A stretch of DNA of 64,000 bases from positions 864,905-928,904 of the forward strand of contig NW_003314341.1 in the NCBI RefSeq assembly GCF_000143415.4, written 5' to 3'. Below, piece by piece: positions 26,278 through 40,260 of this stretch. Below the pieces are notes generated by a model that worked only from the letters and a program-made list of their open reading frames with translations, had not been told where the DNA came from and did no database searches. Both the position numbers and the translations under genes were made by a program. Source of the DNA: Selaginella moellendorffii (Eukaryota > Plantae > Lycopodiophyta). Positions within the stretch are counted from its first letter, which is position 1. Each line of letters begins with the position of its first letter.

Positions 26278-28582
26278 GTGTGCATGTGTGTGTGTAAAAG
26301 TAAGATTTAACATGAAAAACCACACACAGACTTAAGGATCAATAATGTACTCATGTTTGTGATCCCATACCATAAAGTCTAGAAAACAAGCAAGGAAATG
26401 CTCATTGATAGGAATTCTTTGAATTTGCTTTAACTTTAAAATACACACTCAATGTGTGAAAAAATATTTGCAAAAAAGAAAATAAAATTACCTATTTTGA
26501 TGTAGCATAAATATCTTGGACCAATTGGATGCTGTAAAATCCTTGTCATCAACTAGACAAATCAATTAGACTGCTTATAAGCTTTATTTCATTAAAATGG
26601 GACTTTTGTTGTCTCATTTAAGCTGTTTATACATTATTATCCAAGAAAATAATAAGTTTTTTTCTCTTATAAAAAAGAATTGAGTGTGAGGTTTGGGTAT
26701 AAAATCTATATCCAAATTCCAGGTCCAAGATTTTTATATAAAACACTCATTTTATAGTAAATTTCTATAAACCTAAATCTCAAATTTAGAAATAATTCCC
26801 ATTTTAACAAAATAGAGTTTTTATGGAGTTTACTTTATGGTATTGAAATTAGCACTACAAATGTAGGCTTGAACTAATTCAGCTAAGGTGCTCATAAAAT
26901 TTCCCAAATCATACAAGGCTATCTTTGTCAAACCCTATTCAGACAAAAGCACATTAAACTGAAATTAATTGAATGGAAAGGTTTGTTACTTTTTAAAAAC
27001 ATTGTCCTACAAACATAAAAAACCATAATAGTGTAGCATAACACAGCCTCAAAATCTTACCACTCCTACTAGGTTGTTATGGTTGCTATGAATAATGAAG
27101 ATTTAAAAACTAACATTGTGATGTGGATCCTTATAGTTAGCATGTCCAAACCTGAATAATTTTTTAGAAAAACAATAAATCATATTATTTTTGCTTGAAT
27201 AAACAGTTATATTATTAACACTTGACAAATAAATAAATGAATATACACAGCTCAAAACTTGGAATTGCACAGGTACATTGTTCAAACAATACAAGCACAA
27301 TATCTCAATTGTCTTACCCAACAAAGGACAATTTAATGATTACCCAAGCCAAAGAGCTTAGAGAACCAATAGTTCATGAATGAGAACTATGCTCTCAAAG
27401 TTTTGGACATGGTACACATTTGAAGCTTTTGGTTTCACAATTTTTATCCACACTAAGACTTTATGCCCATTGCATCAATTTACACAAGCATAATCCTATT
27501 ATTCTTCATTTAGAGTTTTAGGGTCTAAATAATTAATCTTTATTCAACACTTCATTATAACACCACTTTAGTAGTTTGAGATCATATGCAAAAGTTCTTC
27601 ACTCATTGATTAAGTCTTTTACATAAAACTTCTTCACTTTTCAATTATTCATTTGAATTCAATTAGCAACAAAACACTTTCAATGGCATATTGAAATTTT
27701 AATTTACACAATATAATTGTGTTGGCTGATTCCTTCTTTGCTTTGGTTGTGGCTTCATTATGATCAAAGCACTTAAAGCACTGCCACTCAAGTGTATAGG
27801 TGTTTTGAGGGGCATAACAAGTGTTAGTGGCTACATTAGGTTAATTTACTAGAGTGCATAAATGTGGCATTAGCCCAAATGTGAAAGGAGTAACTCACCT
27901 TTAATCATGAATTCCATATGGAGAGCAACAAAGGTATAACTATATTAGTATGACATTATAGGATTGGTGTGGTGGCATTACACTTATATAATGTGATGGA
28001 AGGCTAAAAACAATAATCCCAGTTTAAAAGGATTGTCCACATGGTAGTGAGGAGTGAACTTCACAATAGTAATAGCATTACTATCACTAGAGATTGTATA
28101 CTCCTCTCAAGTTTATTGCACAGTGAGATTCAAAATTATACCTCGTTAGAGGAAGGGCCTTTTATATCTCTGGGAAATTATAAATGCTTTACAGATGAAT
28201 ATTAAGCAAGAGCAGTGTACCTCTATTGATTTCATGATTAACTCAAGTCCCTTACATCAATATAAAGATGGCAAACTCACATAAGAAAGATACAAATTAA
28301 AGATGATAGATAAAGCATAAACTTCACAACCAATAAAGATATTAAAACATGCATTTGTGAACATAATTTTGAATGGCATGAAATTCTCCATGCTTACCAC
28401 CCATCAACTCCAACTTAAGGGAGCATTGCACTACCTCCATTCCCCTCCATGCACATTACTCATAGTTTTTTTTAGGAAAAAACAAAAAAAACAAACATTC
28501 CTATCTTACCATCTGTGTAATGTTAATCTTCTTGGCAAATGCTTCAATCTGTTTGCCATACTCTTGAGCTTTCTCCATTGAA

Positions 28583-30784
28583 ATGCTGCCATGGTGTAAG
28601 AAAAGAAAAGAAAACTGTGGGTTTAGGGCTATGGCGGTGGCAGCCGCGGCGCAGTGGTGGGCGGAAATCCGAAGAAAAGGGCCGGAATCGTATGCGTCCG
28701 GTATGACTTTCGAGCTTCCTGAGGCAGGTGTGAGGTCGATTGCTTTTAGTAACGAGGTCCTGTTTGTGAGGGAAGCTTTTGATGGGCTCTACAAGGAGAT
28801 TCTAACTGTCCTCGAGTCACGCAAGTTCGGTCTGTGTCATGTGAATGGGAACTCTGGCGTGGGCAAGTCTGCGTTCCTGTGGTATTTCATCATCCGGACT
28901 GGCATTGATAGGCCAGAGTCGGTCATTCTCTACGAGACCGACACTCGCCTGTGGGAGTTTCGCCGTGGCGCTCTTCGGCTGGTGGCCAAAACGGAGTATT
29001 CCTTCGACGAGATCGAGTCTTCTGAAGTTACCTTCCATCTGATCGACCAAAAAATTTCTCCCGGCCGACCCATTGGAAACCGAGCTGTTGTTGCTGCCTC
29101 GCCAGACGACGATAACACCAAAAGCATCAGGAAAGTCCGTCGGACTTACACGCGCTATCTGCCTCCCTGGGACAAGACAGAGTTCGATTTGCTTGTCAAG
29201 CTGTGGAAGTCGCAGGCGGACAAGTTACCCGGGCCAGAAGCGGACGAGGTAGATGAAAAGGTAAAGGCTGCCAACTTGGCCTTCTCTTGGTTCGGGGGCA
29301 TCCCACGATTTTTGTGGGATCGTGAGGACGGAACACTCACAGAGGAAGACTTTCGTTCGGACGTGATGAAGTGCCTTGCAAACACCAAGCTTAAGAACGT
29401 GAGTGTCATCCTGCAAAACTCAGCGGGCGTTTCGTGGAGGCTCTTTCACTTCAACGTGACGCCCGGAACCCGCTTCAGACGTTTCCGCTACACGTTTTGC
29501 TCGGAGAAGGTGGCAAGTCTTTATGCTGAGTATCTGTGTACAACCAACGTGGATAAGATCCGCAGCTTTCTGGAGGCTTCTCAGCCATTCAGCGAGTACT
29601 CAGCGCTGCGAGGTTTCGTTTTCGAGCAGTACGTGGTCAGCCAGGCGTTGGAACACGACATTATGGTGATGCCGATGGTAAGGCTATTTTTCACTCTTGG
29701 AAGCGTTACTTAGTGGCTCTGCAGGTTGACACTGCTTATTGCCAGCATTGTTCCCGCTCGGATGATCGAGGCAAGAATAAGAAGGTCCCCTGGATTCAGT
29801 GCGGGACCTGTCTTAAGTGGTACCATACCAAATGCGTCGGCATCAAATTCAAGTTTGATTTTAACTACAAGTGTCGGAACTGCCAAGGTGAGCCAAATGC
29901 TCAGGTTGTATCTCCTTCCGGCCTTTTGCTACGATACTATGAAGGTGATCTGGAAGACGCTTTACTCGCAGCGGGTTGGTGTTTTTTGTAATGCTTTTAT
30001 CTTTCCTCTTCTCCGTTTAGCCGCTTTTCTCTTGTGCAGGTGAAGAGGCAATCAAGTATCTGTGGAGGCCTCTCAAAAAGAACAATGCTGTCTTTGATTT
30101 TGTATTGTTACCACGCACGTTGGGACAGGCTACCGTCGCTCGTACTAATCACAGGCCGGTTCTTGAGGCTACGATCAAGGCACAGCAGGCTCTCAAAGCC
30201 TGGAGAGACGAGTTCTATCAGGATAACAACAACGATGACACTCTACTGGCTTTTTTCGTACCACCGGATTCTTACTCCAATTTCAAGTTCCAGCCATACC
30301 GTTCATCTGGAAAGGTTGCTCAGAAAGCTGTCAAAGGTGAGCGTTTCATATGAACACTAAGTATGTATGTCATCTTTCTTTACCAGGGATCGTACAGTGT
30401 AAGGTCGCCGTTCCAGTATCTGGTAGTCCTTATGTAGCGAAGGTTGCACCCAACGACATGGATGCTGTTTCTCTAGATCCGAACTTGCCGGAGACTTGGG
30501 AGGAGGCTCTGGGCTGCATAGAATGCTCGGAGGATATTGTCGAACAACCGGAGAAGTCTCTCGAGCAGGAAAAAGTCAGATATTGCAGGCAGAACTTGGC
30601 TTTTGATGGAGATGAGTTGGATGCTCTGGAAGCGATCTGCAACCTTGCAGATGGTAGGCAGAAGCGCAAGCGTTTGCAGGCATTGTGCAAGATGTACAAG
30701 ATTGCGGCCAATACCACCAACCAAGAGATGCTGGCTTGTCTCGAAGCAGAGCGTGAAAGACTAGATGATATGGAAGTGGATTAA
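28583..30784 (+). CDS. Crinkler/RHS-type P-loop NTPase + restriction-endonuclease-like protein with inserted PHD finger and C-terminal SAP/HeH-like motif (~5 exons)
   Basis: Walker A GNSGVGKS; FGGIPR; GFVFEQYV; intron 29678-29724; PHD CQHC...WIQCGTCLKWYHTKC...CRNC; WRPLKKNNAVFDFV..LGQATVARTNH; RLQALCKMYKIAANTTNQEM. Further GT-AG introns at ~29889-29944, 29974-30039 and 30337-30385. Confidence 0.75.
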
Positions 30785-30846
30785 TAAATTAGTTTGCTTT
30801 TTCATTTTTCATACTTTTTTGGTTTGGTTTTTAAAAGTTATGTTCA

Positions 30847-32400
30847 GAATGAACAAAGGAAAGGGCTTAGGATTCTTGGAGGTGCTCCTATAGGCACGCC
30901 GAGGTGGTGGCTCCATGTACGCCACGAGGTTTCTCATGCGTCGGCATTTCACAAGAGCTGTGAGCAGCTCTATGTGAGGAAGGTATTGAACCGGAACACC
31001 GCGCCATTTGAACGGCAATTCCGGGGTCGTTTTTGTGGTATTTCCTCGAGCGAGTTGGGATTCAGAATCATCGTCTACGAAACCGTGTGTCTACGTTCAT
31101 CTGATCGACCAGAACGTCAACACTTCGCGATTCATCGGGCTTCTGGTCGCCGCCTCTCCTGACATTAACAACACCAAACTAAAGTGACGCGCTACATGCC
31201 TGTGTGGACAAGGAAGAGTTTTTCGCCCTCGTTGCCTCGGAAGGAACGGACCAAGCACTTGCCAAAGAGAGAGGCAGAGCTAATGCTGCCGAGAGGGCAT
31301 ACTCGTGGTTCGGGGGAATTCCCCGCTTCCTCTGGGCCTGGGACGCGGAAAAGCTTACTGGACAAGACTTTCGGGCGGAAGTACATCGATGTTTGGTCGA
31401 TACCAAACTAGAGAACGTCCGTGCCGTGTTGCAAGATAAGGCAAACGCCAAGAACGTCTTTTGGTGTCTTTTCCATTTCATTTAGCAGGGAGATTCGACA
31501 AACACCATTATTCATTTTGTTCTGATAAGGTGGCGAACGCTTATGCTCAGTACCTACTTATGGAGTATCAGGACCAGCTTAGAGCCTTCATCCAAGCTTC
31601 GGAGCCCGTTCCAGAGTATGCTACCTTGCGAGGCTCTGTTTTCGAGCAATATGTCATTGTGCTTGCAGTCGCTCATGGGCGTACCACTGGTAAGCACCTT
31701 GCGTTTGGATTGACATTTTGCAATCCAGATGGACGATGTCTATTGTCATGCTTGTCAAAACAAAGACTGAGGAAGGAAGTTCAGAGTGGATTGGATAAAA
31801 TGCAACGTCTGTGAGCATTGGTACCATTTAAAGTGCGCAAAGGTGAAGAGACTACCTTCAATTTACAAGTGCAAGGGTGATTGTGTACTCGCGTTCACAT
31901 ATCTGACGGTGTTGCTATTATGAAGGGGATCTTGAGAACGCCTTGATTGCCGCAGGTAAGCTTAGTGTACTGTTATAGCAGTTAAGTTTTAACAAAACTC
32001 TGTGCTGCAGGTCTTGATGCCAAAAAGTACATGTTTAAGCCCTGATGAAGAACAATGCGGTGTTCGCAAGTTGGGTCAGATCACGGTTGCGTTGAGACAC
32101 CCGTCCTCCATCCAAGCTCTTGTGAATGCTGTCAAGGTCCTCAAGACCTGGGCGCAGCTCTTCAATCACCTGGATAAAGATAAGGGATGTGCTCTTGCTC
32201 CCTCCAAGCAACCATATCGACAGTCTAGGAAGATCTCCACGCGAGCTGTGAAAGGTACAAGGCTGCGAGGTTCTAGATCTTGTTTGACATGCGTTCTTTT
32301 CAGGTAGGTGGCGGTGCCTGTAAATGAATCACCTTATGTCGAGCGTGATTTGAAGCCTGACATGGAAGAGGTCTCACTGGATCTCGGTGCAAGCCTCGGT
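30847..32400 (+). pseudogene. Tandem pseudogenised paralog of the CR-NTPase/REase/PHD gene
   Basis: YSWFGGIPRFLW, RGSVFEQYV, WIKCNVCEHWYHLKC and LGQITVALRH lie in broken frames with stops. Confidence 0.8.
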
Positions 32401-32609
32401 TCATGGGGGAACCATGGAATGAATCTGAGTTTGTGTCACTTGACAAGGAACGGGACCGTCTTAAGCCTGAATGCTCCTACTATTAACTTCGGAGCATGCA
32501 TGCAGCTCAAACTCCCATAGATTTAGGGTTCAGAGAAATAAGGATTTAGGGTTCAATGAATTTACAAGATATAGGGTTCTTGGGAGGCGAGGTTATTTCC
32601 CTTTACCCA

Positions 32610-33819
32610 ATGGTGGAGATCGAGAAGGCGCCGACGATGGCGATGCCGGTGGATGCGAGCGAGCGCGACGAGGGGGAAATCGTGGTGTCTCCATCGCCAA
32701 GGAGAAGCATCCGCTGGAGCACTCGTGGACGTTTTGGTTCGATAACCCTAGCGGTAGAACAAGCAGCAGCAGTGGGGAAGCTCATTGCGGGCGGTCTACA
32801 CTGTGAGCACGGTCGAAGATTTCTGGTGGTAAGCTCCCTCGGCCGATCCATGCCCCTTTCTAGTCATTTCATTCGATTCGAAGGATCTAAGTTACAAATG
32901 CGCCTCTATTTCTTTGCAGCCTCTACAATAATCTCGTGCAGCCGGGGCGATTGATCAGTGGGGCGGACTTCCACTGCTTCAAGGAGGGAATCAAGCCCGA
33001 GTGGGAAGATCCGAGGTGTGCGAATGGGGGGAAATGGACTGCGGCTCCACCGCGAGGCAGCAAGCAAGCGCTGGATCAGTTCTGGCTAAACACTGTGAGT
33101 ATAGGAGAGATTTCTCGCCTTTCATCGTGGCTTTTCTCTTGACGCTCTTGCTCTTCCAGCTGCTGGCTTTGATCGGTGAGCAATTCGATGAGGGCGATGA
33201 GATCTGTGGCGTTGTGGTGAGCGTGAGGCCGAGAGGAGATAAGCTCTCCTTGTGGACCAAGACGGCCAACAACGAAGCCGCCCAGGTAAAAGATCTCTCC
33301 TTCTTCCTTCTCTCCGCTGCGATAGTGTTCTAGCCTCCAGGTTTTCTTCTTGTTCTCTAGCAAGCTTCACCAAATTTCGAATTTTCCTTTAGCATGGTTC
33401 TTTGGCGATCATTTTTTTCTACGAGTCCTGCCTTGTCCTTGCTCGACCTCTGAAAAGTTTCCTTGTTTTGGGCGAAGCTTTACCGGGTTTCAATTTTTCC
33501 TTAGCAAGCTTCGAGTGGTTCTTTCGCAAAGCTCTAGCAAGTTTCTTCTTGTTCTTAGCTTTACCACTTTTTTCCTTGAGCAAGTTTTGTAAGGTTCTTT
33601 GCCTTGTCTCTAAAAGTTTTCCTGTTTTGGGTGATTCCAGATGAGCATTGGAAGGCAATGGAAGGAATTTCTCGAGTATCAGGACAAGATCAACTTCATG
33701 TTTCACGTAAGAATCCCTTTATTCTCTTTCTTTCCACTCGCTACACTTTTTCTTCCTACTTTTTCCAGGAGGATGCCAAGCGTGGTGATTCGAAGGCGAG
33801 AAATCGCTACTCTGTATGA
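32610..33819 (+). pseudogene. eIF4E: Eukaryotic translation initiation factor 4E family gene, 5 exons, two single-base frameshifts in exon 1
   Basis: [82 protein letters not shown]. Exon 1 segments sit in three different frames. Confidence 0.85.
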
Positions 33820-34975
33820 TACCTTCTAAGCTCAATTTTGCTGGATCGCATTCTAAAAGGGTGGATGTTTCAGCCATAAATTTATGCTACAAAATTAAAA
33901 ATCATTTACAGTTAAATTTTTGTTCTAAAAAAATTCTTAATTAGCTTAGATATAGAAGTCTTATAAAATAGAATTGTATCTTAGTTTTTGTAAGCAGTCT
34001 TTTAGGTTTTATATAGCTAGATAAAAATAAATATCATTCCCAATCTACAATGAATTTGGAGAAGCTTTAGAAGAGTTCCCTAGAAGTATCATCAAGTTTT
34101 CCCCATATAGTTTTCCTTAATGCTAGAACTTTTTTCTCTCTCCTTTCTTTTCTTTGTATTCTTTTTCATTCTTTTTTTTTTTGCAATAGTTATTTATAGT
34201 GTATATGATCATGGAATGAGATTTGAATATATATTATCACTGTGAATTCTTGAAACTTTAAGTGATATATAGAGATAAAATAACCACTAAGAACTCTCTC
34301 ATCAAGCAATTATCATACTTCTTTATTTAAAAGTGCTATTGGCATCGGGGGACAGATATTCTCTTACCTTTGGATTTTTTAGATGGACGGTTTTGATGGA
34401 ATACTCTCTTATAACGGTTATGGCTGTTCATATCTGAGGGTTTTATGTTTGACTCTCTCTCGTGTCACTGTGCAGCATTGGGAACAAAACAAGTAGAGCA
34501 AGCTCCTTGATTCTTCACTATTGATAAGTTTCTTTCTCGCATTTTTCACAGTTGAGTCGCCACTGTTTCTGGGTCTCCAGAATGTATACTTTCGAGTGGG
34601 TATATGTATGATTTACGGTCTTTGCAATGTCGTTTGAATGTGTTTGCATAAGAACAGGTCATGAGTACTGGGAAGATGAAGGCATTGAAGAAAAAGAGCC
34701 AGCATGCAGGCAAATGATGAACATATTTCACCCATACGATCCTGTCACCTATAGGTATCAACATACTTCTGTGTGACCAGTGTTTAAATTTATCCTTTCG
34801 TCCTGATTACAGAGTGGAACCTCTGATATCTATTCTTTTTGGGAGAAAGTCAGTGAATATCTTGGGATACAGGTAATCATAGTGCTTTGTAAGTTTGTTG
34901 TCAAAGCTAGAGGAAATTCTTCGGTTGGGGTATGGTTTTGTCACAGTTTTTTTATGGTAGTATGGTGACAGAAAG

Positions 34976-35935
34976 GCTATCTAGAAGTCCCAATGGTAGA
35001 TTCGACTTAATGCTACAGGTAAGTCTTGCTCTTTGCTATCACATCATTCTCATGTGGATCCAGGATACAAAATTTGAGCACCACTACATATCGGTATCTG
35101 ATAAACGACAGCAGTGGCTGGAGAGAGAGAGAGAGGAGATTTGGAGTTGGAATCACAGCAGCCGCAGCATCACCAGCGAGAAGATCTTAAGGCCATGAGA
35201 ATTCTCCACCAGGAGTTTGGAATTACGTAGCAGCCAGGTGAGAAGGTCAGTGCGAGAGATAGGGACGAAGATATCACAAGGGACAAGGACGAAGATCTTG
35301 CAGGGTCGGCCTTCACCCACGAGCAGCAGAGATTGATGAGGTCACTGGTTTGCTCTATCACTTCTGCTCAACCCAGTGGCAAGGTGAGCTTCACTGTGGT
35401 TACGGTGCTCTAGAGCAGGTTAATGAGCATGCGTTTCTCTACAGGGGCATGGTGCTGTACAAATCCAATTAGTCTGGAGACAAGGAGCATCGTCACACCC
35501 ATGGACGTGTATCAATTATTGTGACACACTAGGTAGGATCCAATCCAACTTCATCAACTCGCAGAGAAAGAGAGAACTAAGAAAAACAAAGAATAGTGGC
35601 CATGGCCATATCTGGACAAATTAAGTGAATTGGTGCCAGACTCAATTGTATTTGTGTTGTAATACTACATTATTTATAAAGTGTCTCCTGCCCTTGACTG
35701 TCTAGAAGTCCCAATGGTAGAGCTAATTTGTAAGTCGGAATCACAGCAGCAGCAGCAGCATCACCAGCGAGAAGATCTCAAGGTTGCATGAGAATTCTCC
35801 ACCAGGTATTTCTCACATGTACGTAGTGGCAAAGCCAGTGTCAGTGAGCAGGTTGGTGCGAGGGACAGGGATGAAGATCTCACGAAGGACAGGGAAAAAG
35901 ATCTTGTAGGGTCTGCCATCGCCCACAAGCAGTGG
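34976..35935. repeat. Local imperfect duplication within unidentified decayed gene fragments
   Basis: 34976-35000 and 35148-35330 recur at 35697-35935. Confidence 0.6.
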
Positions 35936-37859
35936 AATTACGTTTTTTCAAGCTTCCCGGAGGAAGACTCAAGTCTGGAGAAAAACAGTAAAGAAGTTTC
36001 TTTCATCATTCACTCTGCTAACTTTGATAAATCTGCTAACTAGAGGTGGAAGGATTGAAGAGGAAGCTCATGAGCAACCAATGGCAGCTTCAATCCAGCC
36101 TGGGACAGGTATGATGGAAATACATGAAGATATAAAGAACTTTGGTTTTGTTCATTTCCATTTCTTCCAGTTTGAAGAGTTTGTGGCAATTTGGTAGAGA
36201 CCAAACTTTGAGGCGCTGCCATATCCTTACTGCCCTCCTCACATCACCAAACCAAAGGTATCAATCTTTGTTCTTCATTACTCATAATTCTTTTGTATGA
36301 TCTTCTCATTTCTTTTATTATTTCTTGTGTCAGGAGTGTAAGAAGTTCTGCATGGTTCTCCTCCCCAAAAGACAATACTTTACTGTTTCAAAGAATCTCA
36401 AACTGCTGGCAATTCCATTGTTTAAGCTCTAAGATAATGTAGATAAGAGAAGAAACATTTAATGTCTACATTCGTTTTTTTTTTTTGTTTTCTTGCTTTG
36501 AGAAAGTTTTTCTCTTCCTTTGCTGATGTGAGAATTGTTACTGCAGAGACATGCCCAGTGATCTCTGCCATCTTCTTGCAGCTTTCAAGGTTCACCTTCA
36601 TTGCCATTAACAGTTGAACACTGGCAATCTGGGTGAATTTTTTCTTCTTTTTCTCCATTTTGTAAAACTATTAACTTACTATGAGTAGCTCTCTTTTTTT
36701 GTTTGAAACGTTTCTCTTATAAATGAAGATACAGTCCCTCAGCTGGATAAAAGTGTAATGGAATCAAGAAAGAAATAAAAAATTACACGCCTACCATATA
36801 CATGTGTGTATACGATGACAAGAATATGTCAACCCACCTGAAGATTGTTGGCCAGGACGTGGAGGTGCTAATATTGTTTAATGCAGGAAGAAAATGAGTT
36901 ATGTGAGCAGATGGAAAGCCTGCAGTTAGTGTTAATCAACAAGCTTTCTTGAAACAGCAAAATACAAAAGTGATGACAGTACAGCCATACAGCTTGAATT
37001 GAGAAGGAAAAGAAGAAATCTGCTACTAAGAGAAGACTGTGGGGTTTGATGAGACAGAAAAATCTAAGACCGAACAGGAGGTACTGAAGATTACGGAAGA
37101 ACTTGAAGACACATGTGAGTTGAACAGGTTTCTCAAAACAATACATTGCTGGCTATAGATAAAAAAAAATGGATGTCAGTGTGCAAAAGTGGAAGTTGAG
37201 ATGGCAAATGCAACTACTACAATGAATTGAGGGTGGACAAGGAACTCTGAAGATGATGTGACACTTGATGCTACAGCAATGAAAATGGAACGGATTTTAG
37301 AGACTTCCTTGCCAGATTATCCACCAAGCCATTTTGCTGTGGAGAAGCAAAATGTTATTCAGGCTTTATAGTTAAAGCTACAATAAGCTTTTGATTTTGT
37401 CAAAGATGCAAAGCACAACATGGAGGCTTTAACTGATGCGACCTCAAATGTGTCTAAAATAGAGTGTTCAGAATTTCTGAACGATACAGGTATTGCTCAG
37501 AAGAAAAAACCAATGTGCTACTTCTCCAAGTACTCTAACATTCAAGTGAATCCAAGGTGCCTTGTGATGTTTCTCCAGTCCAGTGAAGCTGATCAATGGC
37601 ATCATGATCAATACAACAGAAACCAGTGAGCTTTGTTTTTTTTATAAAATGACTAACATTGTGATGGTTCTTCAAGCATGTGTTTGCATTCTAGCAAATC
37701 CAGGATGGCTGTTTATTGCAAGTCACAAACACCTCACAGATGCACAGTAAGTTTTTCTAGCACACACTTGCTCTCTAATGCACTAAGCACGTATATTTTG
37801 TCTCCTATCTGTAGTTTATCGAGAATCCCATTCGGGCTGTGTGCCTGGAAGGAGCTCCC

Positions 37860-38636
37860 ATCACTCACTGAACAAGCCACACTGTCCAATGCTCCCTGGT
37901 GCTACACCAAACAAACCGTGCCAATGTTGTCCCATGACACCGTGAACACGGAATCCCACCCATTTCCAATCACAGCCATGTTACGATTCATCTCGTAAGA
38001 GAGCTGAAAGGACCACAACTGCAGTGAGCCTCCAGCTCCCAGGCTGCTGACAGCAACAACAGCAGCAGGTCCAGCGAGCGATGCCTAGATGAGAACTGTG
38101 AGTCTGGCACCCAATGAGTAGAAGCGATGCGTTTGGACACACCTCCACAACTTGGTGTGTGTAGCTCACACCGTGGGAGATGTAGTCGAGGTCTGGTTGG
38201 AATAGGTGGAGAGGCAAGAGCTCGGACTTGTAAGTGACGTCCTTGGTAGCTCTCCAAACAGGATCCGATTGACACATGTGTTTGCCTGGGTGGAGGTGCC
38301 CCGGAACACAACCATAAGGTGTTTGTTAGCGGAGGTGGTGTCTTCCTTATACACTGAGGAGGGCTCAAGTGTTGGAAGTTTGGAGATGACTTCCAGCTGC
38401 AGGCATCTATAGGTTTTGGTGGAGATTGTGGTGAGCGGGGAGATGAAGAGTGCCAGACACTTAAGATCATGCTGTGAGAGCTTGGAGACTTCGTCCCACA
38501 CTTCCAGAGCTTCTTCGCTTGGTGGGTTTTGTTTGGCTGAGCGGTGGTGGTGATGGCGGGCTAGAAAAACAATGGCAGGCACAACCAAAAGCAAGAGCAG
38601 GAGAGTGCAAGCCATGCATTTGTGATTTTTCTTCAT
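37860..38636 (-). pseudogene. Frameshifted gene with N-terminal hydrophobic segment, possibly class-3 lipase-like
   Basis: MKKNHKCMACTLLLLLLVVPAIVFL...LMVVFRGT, continued in shifted frames; no clear GxSxG. Confidence 0.35.
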
Positions 38637-39699
38637 GGTTTGGAAGGAATCTTACCTCTGTTCTCCCTGCGGGTTTGAAAATTAAAGAGTCACCAGGTCT
38701 CATGTATCTGTGTTGCCTTCGTCAAAGATTTACAAAAGTCCAACTCTTTTACACTTTATATGGTTTGGCTCTTTCTTGCTTTATAATAGTCTGGATAACT
38801 TAACTCTCAAATTTTCGAGTATGTACAACAGGAAACTAAAATTCACAGATCTCACTTATCAGCATTGCTTTGTTCAAAAAGTTATATTTTATGGCCTAAC
38901 ACTATTATGTCTTAGATTTTGCATTTCTTTCTCTCTTTTAGAAGTTTCTTAACATCAAATGCTTTGTGATCAAAAGAGAGCATGCAAGAAGTTCCTCTGC
39001 AAGAAGAACCCCCAGGCTGCCTTTGATGTGTTCCAAAGGCGATGACTCTGAACTCAATATCCATGTTGAGTAGAATAAAGCTGCTTGGGTCCTCAGTAAA
39101 CTTCCACCACCTCTCTTCAATTTCTTCTTGCCACTTTACAGTAAGTCACGGAAAAAATCTAAGATTCTGTAGAACTTCACTGGTTAAAACTTGGACAGGA
39201 AATCTAGAAGAAAAAACAAGCCTTTGAACACTTCTGTTTTTATCCTGGTCCTTTAATTTAAAACCAAGTGGGTTATGCTAGAACACCCTCCCTCGATATC
39301 AAGCTTTCAAATAGATGTTGTAACTTTTAATTATGGATATCTTATGTTCCATCTCCAGGATGATGAATTTAGAATCTCTTGGAACTTTTTATGTAGGCAT
39401 TTGCTTTCATTTCAAGCACAAAACTTGTAGAATAAAAGAAGCCAGTTTTGATTAATTACAAAGCCTTGCTTTCTAGAGCTTACAGCTATAACTTTCAACT
39501 GATTATTTTAAAATTAAAATTAAAATGCTTACTCTTGACGCTAAAATGCTTAAAAATTCAATGTGCCCAAAATATTTTGTACTTCTCCCAGCGGAGCTGG
39601 GATCCCAGCTAGTCCCTTTTCTAATTAGCTTAAAAGGAGATAAATAAGGTGTGTATATATGGTATCAAAAATTACATTTCAGTGAGTATTATCCATTGA

Positions 39700-40260
39700 G
39701 ATTGGGCAACTAATTTTATTGCATATATAGAAATGAAAATGATGATTTAAGTAGGTACATATTTGGTCACTATGACTTTGCATGTGTCATTTGGGTATGG
39801 ATTTTGGTTATCATTTTATACCATATTATATAAATTTACACTTGGGCTCATAGGATGAATTTGCTCATTTGTATGAGTTTACGCTTAAGCCCATGAGTGA
39901 AACACATTAGCAACTTGAGTTGGCAAAATTAATGCTAGCCTATCAATGGTTATCATAAGTTATTACTATGTTACCGTGGGTAAAAGTAAACCTCTTTTAG
40001 GTTTGCAATGAGTGGTAAATAAATTAGTTTGTAATTGTTTAGCATGATACTAGTGGATCCTTTCTAAGCATGATTATGAGTGGATCAATTAAAACTGTAA
40101 GGATTAGTTTATTAATTGTTGTCATGCTCTTTTATAAAATTTTCTTAGGCTGGATTGAAGATAATGTGAATGCAGTCAAGTTAACTAAAATGAGAGTTAT
40201 CAAGGACGAAGGATTAAACATGTAAATCATCTTTTCTTCTGTAAAGCCTTTTTTTATCCT
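39700..40260 (+). mobile_element. AT-shifted relic of the retroelement internal region at 42650-43250
   Basis: Shared blocks such as CTTGGGCTCATAGGATG, ACATTAGCAACTTGAG and CTAGTGGATCC. Confidence 0.65.

Noticed and set aside
34340-37800. Exon-like fragments with splice signals
   Set aside because: Stops and frameshifts throughout; no recognisable family.
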